DNA of 40,137 nucleotides from Candidatus Hadarchaeota archaeon (lineage in GTDB: Archaea > Hadarchaeota > Hadarchaeia > Hadarchaeales > Hadarchaeaceae). The notes under the pieces were generated by a model. It searched no databases. It was not told where the DNA came from and saw only the letters and a list, made by a program, of their open reading frames with translations. Positions 26,551 through 36,472 of this stretch are shown here, piece after piece (position 1 is the first letter of the stretch; each line of letters begins with the position of its first letter). The stretch spans positions 1-40,137 of the forward strand of contig JBFMBF010000011.1 in NCBI GenBank assembly GCA_040755315.1. Reading direction: 5' to 3'. A program made the position numbers and the translations under genes.

Positions 26551-26753
26551 TCTTCCAAATCCCACATCTTTTTGATAGCCCTCTCTCTGTCGTTTTCCCT
26601 TGTGGTCCTGAGAAAAACTTCAAGCATCGCGTCCGACATCTCCGCAACCATGTCTGCCGTTTTGGAACCTTCCATTCGCCGGAGCGGCTCGACCAGCGCC
26701 TGAAGCCCAACAAAGTCCAGTTCAGACGTCTTCGGGTCCTTGATCTTCACCAA
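26529..26753 (-). CDS. Small helical protein, putative antitoxin of the nucleotidyltransferase
   Basis: 74 aa, LRRM...MVAEMSD pattern; overlaps both neighbours and lies directly upstream of the NTase. Confidence 0.6.
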   Translation of the reverse strand: MVKIKDPKTSELDFVGLQALVEPLRRMEGSKTADMVAEMSDAMLEVFLRTTRENDRERAIKKMWDLEEWLTRKL

Positions 26754-27213
26754 AACCCCTTCTTACCTGAACGGCCTTCCCGGCCTTGAATGCCACCATC
26801 TCCCTGCCCGAAAGAAGCGCCTTGCCACTGGCAAGAAGCCTGTCCTGAGTATCAACAACCAGCGCTTCCTCGGCGGGAATTATTGTTGGGTCCGCAGAAA
26901 CGACATGTTTTGCGAACAATGTCTTTCCCTTCGCCACGAAATCCGCCGCGCCGTCCATCACCACCACTCGCAGGCGGGGAGGCTTCAACGCGGCGTGAAG
27001 GAGTTCCGCACCCCTTCTGTTCAGCACTATAAAACCGTCGGAAGCCCTGATTGAGCACAGTATTTCTCCGCCCATCCACACCTGCCTGATTCTCCCCCGC
27101 GTCCTCACTATCTCAACACCGTCTGGAAACATCTTCGCCCCGACCCCTCGCCCGAAGAGGTAGTCTGCCACCGCCCGGAGCTTGAACAACTCCTTCCTTG
27201 TCGGCTGCTGCAT
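26722..27213 (-). CDS. PUA-domain RNA-binding protein (archaeosine TGT C-terminal-like)
   Basis: LRAVADYLFG, GRIRQV, FVAKGKTLFAKHV, GKAVQVRRG. Confidence 0.88.
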   Translation of the reverse strand: MQQPTRKELFKLRAVADYLFGRGVGAKMFPDGVEIVRTRGRIRQVWMGGEILCSIRASDGFIVLNRRGAELLHAALKPPRLRVVVMDGAADFVAKGKTLFAKHVVSADPTIIPAEEALVVDTQDRLLASGKALLSGREMVAFKAGKAVQVRRGFGEDQGPEDV

Positions 27214-27251
27214 TTGACGCCCTGCCTACTTTACCCGCCCATGGAAAAACT

Positions 27252-28076
27252 TTAGGTAGGTCCCACCCTGACGTCAACAACAACATGATCGACGCGAGGC
27301 GAGTACCTCTTGATGAAATGCTTTCCCAGGACTTCGACCTTCCTCCCCCCGGCGGCCTCAAAAATCCTCTTCACTGGCCTTTCAAACCTGAGCTTGGACG
27401 GGGCAGTCTCGTGGTAGTGGATTACTCCTCCCTCTGGTTTGAGGACTTCCATTGCAAGCGGAAGGTAGCGGGGGGTCACATGAAGAATCCCCATCACCAC
27501 ACGGTCGGCCACACCGTGCGGCGAAACCTTATCGCAGTCTCCGAGCACCGGCGCCACGATGTGCCCGACCTTGTTCATCCTCACATTTTCTACAAGGTAG
27601 CCATGAGCCACCGGGTTGATTTCAATTGCGTAAACTTTGCTCGGCCGCGCATGCTTGGCGATCGGGATGCTGAACTGTCCCACACCTGCAAACATGTCTG
27701 CCACGACCTCGCCGTCTTTGACTAACGTTGGCAGCCTCCCGCGCTCCTGGACGTTCCCCTTTGAAAACATCACCTTTGCCAGGTCGAGCTTGAAAAAGCA
27801 GCCGTGCTCCCGGTGAACCGTCTCTGTTGAAGGGTCCCCGGCAACGACTCTCAAGGCGGGCATCCTTTCCCTGCCATGGACGGCTCCCTCCCTCAGCGCC
27901 ACTGTCCTGACGCCTTTCAACTCCAAAAGTTTTTGATAGATCGGCCCTGCATCCCCGGCCAGTTCCTGAGGCAAGGATATGACTGCGACATGCCCTATTC
28001 TCTCGAATCCTTTTGGAAGCAGCTTCAGCTTTTCTTCCGGAAGAAGCCCCTTGAGGGCGCTTTGAAAGTATCCCAT
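27252..28076 (-). CDS. Taw2/Trm5-family tRNA-modifying SAM transferase
   Basis: HREHG, KVMFSKGN..ER, DMFAGVG.F, EINP, ADRVVMG, IHYHE. Confidence 0.88.
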   Translation of the reverse strand: MGYFQSALKGLLPEEKLKLLPKGFERIGHVAVISLPQELAGDAGPIYQKLLELKGVRTVALREGAVHGRERMPALRVVAGDPSTETVHREHGCFFKLDLAKVMFSKGNVQERGRLPTLVKDGEVVADMFAGVGQFSIPIAKHARPSKVYAIEINPVAHGYLVENVRMNKVGHIVAPVLGDCDKVSPHGVADRVVMGILHVTPRYLPLAMEVLKPEGGVIHYHETAPSKLRFERPVKRIFEAAGGRKVEVLGKHFIKRYSPRVDHVVVDVRVGPT

Positions 28077-28081
28077 GAGCG

Positions 28082-29530
28082 CTACTTTTTCTTCTTCCTC
28101 GTCTTCTTGGGCTTTATCACTCCGACGGCCTCGAGGAATTTCCCGCTGATTGCCCTGTCAATCTCCTTCTTGAGCTTTTCCTTGGGGACCTTGAAGAAAG
28201 ACAGCGGGATGGTGGCCCCGGCCATCCTCGGGTGCCCCCCAGCTGAACCCATCTGTGAGTAAGCGGTCTTGAGCGCCTGCCCAAGGTGGAGCGAAACTTC
28301 CTTAGTCCTAGCTGAAACGTAAATGTTGTCCTTGACCGTGCCGTAAACAAGCGTGGTGTTCACGCCCTCGTGGTTCAGGAATAGGTCGGCGACCTGGGCT
28401 ATCAGGTCCCTGTCCTTGACCTCCCCGGCGTTGGCCGTCAGGTAACCTTCCTTGATTTTCTTGGACTTCACGGACTTTGCGATGACATCGAAAGCGTCTG
28501 CCGACAGAGTCGTCGAGAACAGCCCGCCCAGGAGTTCCTTGTCCACAAAACCCAATAGGTACTCGTATGCGTCCAAATCCAGCTGGGTGACCCCTTTTGT
28601 CAAATGATTGGTGTCAGTGAGTATCCCAACCGCCAAGGCCGTCGCCGTGGCCTTGTCCATCGCTATCGCGGCGTACTTCAGGTAGTTTGTAAGCAGAGTA
28701 GAGTTTGCGCCTACGGGGGAAATATCGTAAAAAAGTGCCTTCACATCTCCCGAAGGGACAGTGTGGTGGTCGATCACTATCGTGGGGGTCGGCACAATGT
28801 CGGCTGGCAGGGCGCTGTTGGCGTGGGTTGCGACATCCACAAGCGCCCACAGGCTGTAATCCCTGAAGTTGACTTTTTTGGCCTCAAGCAGCTCGAGCCC
28901 GAGGAGGTTCAGCAGCGCCCTGTTCTGCGGGTGTCCCACCACCCCGTCGTAAACCAGGTCCGAGTCCACCCCGAACGCCTTGGCGTAGAGCTTCAGCGCC
29001 ACGCCGCTGGCTATGCTGTCCGGGTCCGGGTTTGTCTGGAGCACTATCGCCATCTTCCTCCTCCATGGCTCCCTCTGAAGCAGGGCCCTCAGTCGCCGCT
29101 CCCTGGTCATCCTCCGCAGCTCCTCGAGCTTCCCCACAGCGAACTTCGCGAGCAGCTGGTAGGTCGGAAGGGCGTCGCTTGCCCCCATCCTCTTCGCCTC
29201 CATCACCTCCGCCTCGTCGGAGACCCTCACGACGACGACGGGGTCGACCTTCAGCTCGGCCTTCAGGCTGTTTATGGAGCCCAGCGCGGTCAGCGTGGAA
29301 TTGAAGTCCCGCAGGAGAACCAGAATCATCTCGGCCTTCTCGAACCCCGCCTCCTTCAGGGCCTCCTGGACGCCGAAGTCCCCGACGAAGGCCTGGTAGC
29401 CCATCCTCCTGAGCTGCTCGACCCTCCTGGCGTCCCTGTCGACTATCGCCACCTCCTCCTTTTTCAGCATGCTGGCGACCGAGAAACCCACGTCGCCGCA
29501 GCCTAGTATCATGTACAGAGTTCCACCCAT
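28082..29530 (-). CDS. TrkA-N (NAD-binding) fused DHH/DHHA1 phosphoesterase
   Basis: GCGDVG Rossmann fold, NPDPDS, IDHH, GILTDT, SAGGH. Confidence 0.9.
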   Translation of the reverse strand: MGGTLYMILGCGDVGFSVASMLKKEEVAIVDRDARRVEQLRRMGYQAFVGDFGVQEALKEAGFEKAEMILVLLRDFNSTLTALGSINSLKAELKVDPVVVVRVSDEAEVMEAKRMGASDALPTYQLLAKFAVGKLEELRRMTRERRLRALLQREPWRRKMAIVLQTNPDPDSIASGVALKLYAKAFGVDSDLVYDGVVGHPQNRALLNLLGLELLEAKKVNFRDYSLWALVDVATHANSALPADIVPTPTIVIDHHTVPSGDVKALFYDISPVGANSTLLTNYLKYAAIAMDKATATALAVGILTDTNHLTKGVTQLDLDAYEYLLGFVDKELLGGLFSTTLSADAFDVIAKSVKSKKIKEGYLTANAGEVKDRDLIAQVADLFLNHEGVNTTLVYGTVKDNIYVSARTKEVSLHLGQALKTAYSQMGSAGGHPRMAGATIPLSFFKVPKEKLKKEIDRAISGKFLEAVGVIKPKKTRKKKK

Positions 29531-29635
29531 TCACACCTGTTTAGCAGGCTTATGAATGTGGCGGAAATGGGGCGATGCGTGCGGGTATTTACGTGGCTTA
29601 AATATGCTCAAGCTAAATTGTCATCTAGCGATAAA

Positions 29636-29917
29636 ATGAAACTCCGTGTTGTTGTTGCCGGAGTCATAATGGTGGTAACTGGCATCACCCTGATGTTGGT
29701 TGGCATTGCCCTGTTTTTTCCTTTCGTAATACTGAGTCCTTTACAAACCAGCCGACCTTACATCACGACTGGAGCGGCGCTGGTTTTTACCGGATTAATA
29801 CTCCTCGTCGCTGGAATTGTAACCTCTATCGTTGGGCTTGTCTCCTCGCCAACTGTGAAAGTAGTTGCGAGAAAAGAGCGGGACAAATCTAACCATAAAG
29901 AAACTAGTGGGAGGTGA
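29636..29917 (+). CDS. Small two-TM membrane protein
   Basis: Two long hydrophobic segments and a basic tail; TTAAATA upstream. Confidence 0.6.
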   Translation: MKLRVVVAGVIMVVTGITLMLVGIALFFPFVILSPLQTSRPYITTGAALVFTGLILLVAGIVTSIVGLVSSPTVKVVARKERDKSNHKETSGR

Positions 29918-30062
29918 GTGAGAGATAAAATCTGTTTAAACATTTCCCCCCGTCTCCTTTAATCAGTATAGACGATTGAGACCACCACCCGATAAGTTAA
30001 CAGAACCGAAAAACAATAGCTTTATAAGACTCTCCGCCTTTAAACTCGTTCACGTGAAGCTG

Positions 30063-30329
30063 ATGGAATTCTGTCCAAAATGCGGCACGATACTGGTGCC
30101 CGAAAAGGTCGGGCGCTCAAGGCGGCTGGTCTGCTCCAAGTGCGGCTACAAGGGCAAGCTGAAGAAGCCGTCCGCCTACAAGATCAGCGAGAAGGGCGAG
30201 GAAAGGAAAGAGGTCCCGGTCATCATCGAGAAAAAGAAGAAAAAGAAAAAGCCGATGGAGCGGGAGTACGATGTCGAGCAGCCGGAATACATCGAGGAAG
30301 AGGGCGGAGAGTCCTTCGACGTCGGCTAG
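30063..30329 (+). CDS. TFS/RpoM-like protein with only the N-terminal Zn ribbon
   Basis: MEFCPKCGTILVP...LVCSKCGY, then K7 and an acidic tail; no second CxxC pair and no RxADE hairpin. Confidence 0.8.
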   Translation: MEFCPKCGTILVPEKVGRSRRLVCSKCGYKGKLKKPSAYKISEKGEERKEVPVIIEKKKKKKKPMEREYDVEQPEYIEEEGGESFDVG

Positions 30330-31120
30330 CTTTTTATCACGGCGCCGTCCAAAGCATCTTTACATGTGCACTTTCTTTCTTTGGGAATATTCGGGATTGC
30401 TTCCATGAAGAGCTTCTGGACCCGGGCCACGTTGTCCTGCATCATCTCGAGGACGTCGGCGTGGGTCAGCTTCACCTTCGAGAACCCGGCTGCGTGGTTG
30501 GTGGCTATCCCGACTGCCGAATAACACATCTCAAGCTCTCGCGCCAGCACGCACTCCGGGATGTTTGTCATCCCTACCAGGTCCGAGCCGAGTCTCCTGA
30601 GCGCAACTATCTCCGCCGCCGTTTCGAAGCGCGGCCCCTCCATGCAGGCGTATGTTGATTCGGGGTGGAGCTTTATCCTAAGCTTCTTTGCCGCCGCAGA
30701 AAGCACCCTCCTGAGTTCTGTGCAGTAGGGCTCAGTGATGTCGATGTGGACCACACCTTCCTTCCCCTCATAGAAAGTGTTTGCGCGGGCCTTTGTGAAG
30801 TCCAGGAACTGGGTGAGCAGCGCGAGGTCCCCTGGCTTGATTTTCGGGCTCATTGTGCCGCATGCGGTCGTGGCCAATATCCTCTTCACTCCCAAATCCT
30901 TGAGCGCCCAGATGTTCCCCCGGTAGTTTACAAGATGAGGTGGAACGGTGTGCCCCTTCCCGTGCCTCGGAAGGAATGCCACATTCCTCTTCCCAATCCT
31001 TCCAATCACTACCTCGGGCGAAAGGCCGTAAGGGGTTTTTATTTTTGTCGATGTGGCGCCCTTCATCGCCGCCATCGAGTAGACGCCCGACCCGCCTATC
31101 ACGGCTATCTCGGCTTCCAT
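30326..31120 (-). CDS. mtnP: Methylthioadenosine/methylthioinosine phosphorylase
   Basis: IGGSG, TPYG, LPRHG..H..PPH.VNYR, EGPRFETAAE, VGMT..PE..LARE. Confidence 0.92.
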   Translation of the reverse strand: MEAEIAVIGGSGVYSMAAMKGATSTKIKTPYGLSPEVVIGRIGKRNVAFLPRHGKGHTVPPHLVNYRGNIWALKDLGVKRILATTACGTMSPKIKPGDLALLTQFLDFTKARANTFYEGKEGVVHIDITEPYCTELRRVLSAAAKKLRIKLHPESTYACMEGPRFETAAEIVALRRLGSDLVGMTNIPECVLARELEMCYSAVGIATNHAAGFSKVKLTHADVLEMMQDNVARVQKLFMEAIPNIPKERKCTCKDALDGAVIKS

Positions 31121-31124
31121 CTTT

Positions 31125-31931
31125 TCACCTTCCAAACCTTCTCTTCCTGTTCTGATAAGACCTTATGCTTCTTAAGAAATCCAGCTTGCTGAAGGCCGGC
31201 CAGTTGGCCTCGCAGAAGTAAAGCTCGGAGTAAGCCGACTGCCACAGCAGGAACCCGCTCAGTCGCTCCTCCCCGCTAGTCCTGATCACGAGGTCGGGGT
31301 CAGGCAGGCCAGCCGTGTAAAGGTGCTTTTCGATTGTCTTCTCGTCCACGCTGCCGGGTTTCAGCTTCCCCTTTTCCACCAACTCACAGATTTTCCTGAT
31401 AGCGTCAGTGATTTCCGCCCTGCCGCCGTAGCCCACGGCCAGGTTCAGGGTGTAACCGTCATATTCCTTTGTGGCCGTCTCTGCCTCCTCGATCGCGCGC
31501 CTCACCGACTCCGGCATCAAGTTCAGGTTCCCTATCACCTTCAGCCTGATCTTGTACTTGTGAACCCGCTCGTCCCTGGAAGCGTCGCGGAACTTTCTGA
31601 CGAAAAGCTCCATCAGGGTCTTTACCTCTTCGGGGGACCTCTGGAAGTTTTCCGTGGAGAACGCGTAAACCGTGACGTGCTTTATCCCAAGATCCTGACA
31701 CCACATGAGCACCTTTTCCAGCTTCTCTGCCCCGAACACATGCCCCCACACGCCGTCCAGGCCTATCTTTTCCGCGAACCTGCGGTTGCCGTCCAAGATT
31801 ATGCCCACATGGGACGGGACTGTGCCGTTCTGCTTTATTTCCTGGTAAAGCTGGCGCTCGTATGCCCGGGTGATTACTTCTCTGACTTTTGGTATCCCAA
31901 GCAGCTTCGCGATTGGCACTTTTTCCAGCAT
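31125..31931 (-). CDS. uppS: cis-Prenyltransferase (polyprenyl diphosphate synthase)
   Basis: [44 protein letters not shown]. Confidence 0.96.
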   Translation of the reverse strand: MLEKVPIAKLLGIPKVREVITRAYERQLYQEIKQNGTVPSHVGIILDGNRRFAEKIGLDGVWGHVFGAEKLEKVLMWCQDLGIKHVTVYAFSTENFQRSPEEVKTLMELFVRKFRDASRDERVHKYKIRLKVIGNLNLMPESVRRAIEEAETATKEYDGYTLNLAVGYGGRAEITDAIRKICELVEKGKLKPGSVDEKTIEKHLYTAGLPDPDLVIRTSGEERLSGFLLWQSAYSELYFCEANWPAFSKLDFLRSIRSYQNRKRRFGR

Positions 31932-32043
31932 TCAACCACTTCCAATTTGTGGAAGCTGTCTTTTAGGGTTTTTCAACATGGCTGGTGGGACGGGCTTTCG
32001 GCTATCTTTTAATGGGCTGGCGGCATATCCTCAAAGGGTGAAA

Positions 32044-32844
32044 ATGTCTGAGATTGGCAAGCGGATAAGGCTTGAGCGCATAATCGACCGGAAAAGCAAG
32101 CGGACAGTGATTGTGCCGATGGACCACGGCCTCTCGATGGGCCCGATTGCCGGCCTTGAGGACATGGCCGCGATAGTCAACAAGATGGCCGAGAACGGCG
32201 CGAACGCCGTGGTGCTGCACAAGGGGATAGTCAGGGCTGGGCACAGAGGGTACGGGGAGGACATAGGACTCGTGATACACCTCTCGGGAAGCACCTCGCT
32301 TGGCCCGGACCCGAACTGCAAGGTGCAGGTGGCGAGCGTGGAAGAGGCGATATCAATCGGGGCGGACTCAGTCTCGGTACATGTAAATGTCGGGGCGCCG
32401 AACGAGCCGGAACAGCTGCAGATGCTGGGCGACGTGGCGGAGAGCTGCGCCTACTGGGGGATGCCCCTCATCGCCATGATGTACCCGCGCGGCCCGAAGG
32501 TGAAAGACCAGCACGACCCGGAGGTTGTCGCACTCGCGGCCAGAGTCGGGGCGGAGCTTGGCGCCGACATCGTGAAGACAGTCTACACGGGGGACATCGA
32601 CACATTCCAAAAGGTGGTGCGGGGCTGCCCGGTGCCGATAGTGATAGCTGGAGGGCCCAAGATGGCCACGGACGCGGATGTTCTGAGGATAGCCTTCGAC
32701 TCCCTGCAGGCGGGGTCGATAGGCGTCTCAATAGGCCGCAACATATTCCAGCACAAGGACCCGGCTGCGATGGTCAGAGCTCTGGCGAAGATAGTGCACG
32801 ATGGCGCTTCCGTAGAAAAGGCCATGAAAGAGCTCAAGGGGTGA
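32044..32844 (+). CDS. aroA': 2-amino-3,7-dideoxy-D-threo-hept-6-ulosonate synthase (class I aldolase)
   Basis: MDHG, LHKG, MMYPRG, GADIVKT, AGGPK, GRNIFQ; lies upstream of DHQS II. Confidence 0.9.
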   Translation: MSEIGKRIRLERIIDRKSKRTVIVPMDHGLSMGPIAGLEDMAAIVNKMAENGANAVVLHKGIVRAGHRGYGEDIGLVIHLSGSTSLGPDPNCKVQVASVEEAISIGADSVSVHVNVGAPNEPEQLQMLGDVAESCAYWGMPLIAMMYPRGPKVKDQHDPEVVALAARVGAELGADIVKTVYTGDIDTFQKVVRGCPVPIVIAGGPKMATDADVLRIAFDSLQAGSIGVSIGRNIFQHKDPAAMVRALAKIVHDGASVEKAMKELKG

Positions 32845-32848
32845 AGCC

Positions 32849-33961
32849 TTGCGGAAGCTGGTTTGGGTTCGGGCCGACTGGAATGGCCCTTGGTCACTTA
32901 AGAAGCCTTTCGTGACTGCCGCGATTGAGTCTGGGGCGGATGTCGCTGTAGTCAGCCCAGCAGACGCCAAAGCGATGAATCTCGGGGCAATCTCACTTGC
33001 GTCCACAGGAGCCGCTCCATGGGTCGGAACGGTGATTTTGTCCGTACCTAACGCTGCTGGCGCGGAGAAGGCGCTTCGGGACGCAAAAAAGCTGAGGGCA
33101 CAGAGGAAAAAAGTGGCTGCTTACGTGGACGTGAAAGACAAAGTTACCGAGAAGCTGGCTGTGAAGGTCGGGAAAGCTGTTGACGTTCTTATTGTTACGG
33201 CGAAGGATTGGAAAATCATCCCTCTCGAAAACATCATCGCCGGCCTCCATGGCTCAAACGTCAGTATCCTGGCGGCTGTAAAAAACGCGGAAGAAGCCGT
33301 GACTGCGGCGCAGACCTTGGAGGTCGGGGCTGCTGGGGTTCTTCTGGACGCGAGAAAGGCCGGACCGGGTGAGGTCAAGAAAACATGCGAAGCACTCGAG
33401 AAGCTGGCCGCCGAGAAACTGGAGCTCGTGCCGGCGGAGGTGAAGACTGTGAAGACGGTCGGGATGGGCGATAGGGCCTGCATAGACACCACCTCCATCA
33501 TGCAAATCGGCGAAGGGATGCTGGTGGGGAGCCAGGCGGAGGGGCTCTTCCTCGTCCACTCAGAGTCGCTCAAAACAGAGTTCGTGGAGTCAAGACCCTT
33601 CAGGGTAAACGCCGGGGCCGTGCACGCTTACATAAAGGTCCCCGGAGGGAAGACGAGATACATGTCCGAGCTTCAGGCGGGGGACGAGGTCATGATAGTG
33701 GACTGGAAAGGCGAGGCGAAATCTGGCGTGATCGGGCGGGTGAAAATAGAAAGGCGCCCCCTGGTTCTGGTGGAAGCCACCTGGAAGGGAAAGGTTTACA
33801 AGACTCTCCTGCAAAATGCCGAGACGATAAACTTAGTCGGGAAGGATGGCAACCCAATCTCTGTTGCAAAGCTCAAGCCCGGAGACAAAATCCTTGTTTA
33901 CGTTGAGGCTGGCGGGCGTCACTTTGGTATGAAAGTGGAAGAAACAATGATAGAGAAGTGA
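32849..33961 (+). CDS. aroB': 3-dehydroquinate synthase II
   Basis: WKIIPLEN, GDRACIDT, RPFRVNAG, LQNAETI, GRHFGM...EK. Confidence 0.95.
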   Translation: MRKLVWVRADWNGPWSLKKPFVTAAIESGADVAVVSPADAKAMNLGAISLASTGAAPWVGTVILSVPNAAGAEKALRDAKKLRAQRKKVAAYVDVKDKVTEKLAVKVGKAVDVLIVTAKDWKIIPLENIIAGLHGSNVSILAAVKNAEEAVTAAQTLEVGAAGVLLDARKAGPGEVKKTCEALEKLAAEKLELVPAEVKTVKTVGMGDRACIDTTSIMQIGEGMLVGSQAEGLFLVHSESLKTEFVESRPFRVNAGAVHAYIKVPGGKTRYMSELQAGDEVMIVDWKGEAKSGVIGRVKIERRPLVLVEATWKGKVYKTLLQNAETINLVGKDGNPISVAKLKPGDKILVYVEAGGRHFGMKVEETMIEK

Positions 33962-34689
33962 GCTGGATGAATCTTGGCAAACGCGAGGTCAAGACGCCGG
34001 CTGTGTGCGGCGCCGTCATAGGAAACAGCGTTGGGGAAATGAAGAAGGTCATGGCTGGGGCCGTGAAGGACGGCGCGGACGTGATAGAACTCAGGATAGA
34101 CGGGCTTAGGGGTCAGCCTGGGTGGGAAGGGCTGCTCAAGAGCAAGTTGCCGGTAATTCTCACGAACATGTCGAAGCGTGAGGGCGGCTTCTTCACAGGG
34201 GACGACAAGGCCAGGACTGAAGAACTCATGAAAGGCATAGAGCTTGGAGTCTCATGTGTGGATTTGGAGTTCTCCACTCCGCAGGTTCTCAGAAGTCGCG
34301 TCATCAAAAAGGCAAAAAGCAACGGGGTTTCCGTAATCGTGTCCCGCCACGACTTCACTGGGACTCCCGCTCCCGCCCGGCTGCTTCATGTTCTTGATGA
34401 AATCGCTGGTGTCGGTTGCGACATCGCTAAAGTTGTGACATTTGCAAAAAACAGGTGGGACGCCTTCCGCATGATGGACTTTATAGTCCAGACTCAAGGG
34501 AGGCTGAGCATCCCTGTAATCGCCTTTTCCATGAACGATGCCGGAGTAATAACAAGGTTCATCGGAACAATATTCGGTTCTCCACTGGTCTACGCGGCGG
34601 CCGGGAAGAGGACAGCCCCGGGGCAGCTGGATGTTTCCACGACCAAGAGTCTGCTGCGGGAGCTGATGCCAAAGGAGGTCCGCGATTGA
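33958..34689 (+). CDS. aroD: Type I 3-dehydroquinate dehydratase
   Basis: ELRID, EGG, S.HDF..TP, DIAK, FSM...G, TAPGQ. Confidence 0.92.
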   Translation: MSWMNLGKREVKTPAVCGAVIGNSVGEMKKVMAGAVKDGADVIELRIDGLRGQPGWEGLLKSKLPVILTNMSKREGGFFTGDDKARTEELMKGIELGVSCVDLEFSTPQVLRSRVIKKAKSNGVSVIVSRHDFTGTPAPARLLHVLDEIAGVGCDIAKVVTFAKNRWDAFRMMDFIVQTQGRLSIPVIAFSMNDAGVITRFIGTIFGSPLVYAAAGKRTAPGQLDVSTTKSLLRELMPKEVRD

Positions 34690-35543
34690 GGCCGCCGGTG
34701 AAACTCTATCTTCTCATCGGGCATTCTGTTGAGAAATCCCTCTCCCCGGCCATTCACAACGCGGCCTTCAATGCCCTGAACTTGGACGCAATCTACGTGG
34801 CTGTCGACGTTCCAGAGAGAAGCCTCGCCGACGCAATCGGGGGAGTAAGAGCGCTCGGAATAGCCGGGTTCAACGTCACGATACCGCACAAGATATCCGT
34901 GATGAAGTTCCTCGACGAGGTGGATGAATCGGCGAAATCCGCCGGAGCCGTCAACACAGTAGTGAACAGGCGTGGGAAACTTGTGGGTTACAACACGGAC
35001 GGCGAAGGGGCGATGAGGGCCCTCATGAAAGCCATTAGGTCGATAAAGGGCCGGCAGGTGGTGCTCCTCGGGGCGGGCGGGGCGGGGCGTGGAATCGCCG
35101 TGTCCCTGGCGAAGGCCGGGGCTGCGCTGGTGATTGCCAATCGCACGGTGGAGCGGGCGAAAGCGCTGGCATCGATGGCCGAGGAATTTGGTGCGGAAGT
35201 TTCGGTCGTTTCTGTCCAGAAGCCAGCTCTGAAAAAAATCATAGGATGTGCAGATGTCCTGATAAACGCGACTTCCGTGGGCATGTGGCCGGAGAGCGGC
35301 AGGACCCTCGTCACTTCCGACATGATGCACAGGAACCTCATCGTCATGGATATCGTCTACAAGCCGCTCAAAACCAAGCTGCTCGCCGAAGCCAAGAAGG
35401 CGGGGGCGAAGACCATCGATGGACTTGGGATGCTGGTGAACCAGGGCGCATTGTCATTTGAGATGTGGACCGGAAAGCGGGCCCCCGTAAAGGTTATGAA
35501 AACCGCGGTAAAACGTGAGATGGGCAAGGTGAGCAAAACATGA
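34686..35543 (+). CDS. aroE: Shikimate dehydrogenase
   Basis: SLSP.IHN, NVTIPHK, GAVNT, NTDG, GAGGA, NATSVGM, GLGMLVNQG; TTG start after GGAGGT. Confidence 0.95.
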   Translation: MRPPVKLYLLIGHSVEKSLSPAIHNAAFNALNLDAIYVAVDVPERSLADAIGGVRALGIAGFNVTIPHKISVMKFLDEVDESAKSAGAVNTVVNRRGKLVGYNTDGEGAMRALMKAIRSIKGRQVVLLGAGGAGRGIAVSLAKAGAALVIANRTVERAKALASMAEEFGAEVSVVSVQKPALKKIIGCADVLINATSVGMWPESGRTLVTSDMMHRNLIVMDIVYKPLKTKLLAEAKKAGAKTIDGLGMLVNQGALSFEMWTGKRAPVKVMKTAVKREMGKVSKT

Positions 35544-36394
35544 AAGTCGCAGTCGTGGGCATGGGCGCGATGGGCAAATGGTTCGCGAGCTTCGCTAAAA
35601 AAAATCTTGGGGAAGTCATTGTCGTAAGCAGGGATATCGAGAAAGCCAAGAGGGTTGCCAGGGAATTGGGCGTGCGCGCGGAAACAAGGGGGAGGGCGGC
35701 TGTAGAGGCGGACATGACATTCGTTGCGGCGCCGATCGCCGTAACACCTGATGTCGTCAAATCGCTCGCGACGCAGGTGAAGAAGGGTGCGTTGCTTGCG
35801 GACATGGCGTCGGCAAAAAGGGATGTTGTAAACATGATGCGCAGGTTGAATGTTGATGTGGAGCTTGTTTCAATCCACCCGCTGTTCGGGCCGGGGGCAA
35901 AGACCATAAATGGCAAAGACGTTTTGGTGGTTCCTGTAAAACCCGGACCAAAGTACAACAACCTGAAGAGGACGCTCACTAGGCTCGGGGCGAATGTCAC
36001 AGAGGTGGATGCCGAAGAGCATGACAAGCTGATGGCGATTGTTCAGTGCATGACCCACTTCCTGCTGATAGTATACATTTCGGCAGTAGCTAAAATGAAA
36101 GGGCTCGGGAAGGCGCAAAAAATCAGGACCCCGCTCTCAGCCACCCTGATGAACACCGCTAAAGCCCTGCTTGCGGGACAGCCCAAGCTCTACGCGGAAA
36201 TTCAGGTGCACAACCCCCACGCAAAAATTGTTAGACGCGCCATTCTTGATGCCTGCCATACCATGGACACTGCTTTTTCGGCTGGGAAAAGCGGACCAGT
36301 GGAAAAAATATTCAAAAGCTCGGCGGACATTATCGGCGAGAAAGCCTTGCGTGAAGCTTACAAGAAGATGTACAAAGAGTTTGAGGGTGTATAA
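35540..36394 (+). CDS. tyrA: Prephenate dehydrogenase
   Basis: GMGAMG, DMASAK, HPLFGP, EHDKLMA.VQ..TH. Confidence 0.92.
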   Translation: MKVAVVGMGAMGKWFASFAKKNLGEVIVVSRDIEKAKRVARELGVRAETRGRAAVEADMTFVAAPIAVTPDVVKSLATQVKKGALLADMASAKRDVVNMMRRLNVDVELVSIHPLFGPGAKTINGKDVLVVPVKPGPKYNNLKRTLTRLGANVTEVDAEEHDKLMAIVQCMTHFLLIVYISAVAKMKGLGKAQKIRTPLSATLMNTAKALLAGQPKLYAEIQVHNPHAKIVRRAILDACHTMDTAFSAGKSGPVEKIFKSSADIIGEKALREAYKKMYKEFEGV

Positions 36395-36472
36395 AATGAA
36401 AGAAGTGCTTGTATCCACGGGCACAATCGGCGCACAGAAAAGGCTTAAAACCCAAGGCTTAAATTAGCTAAA

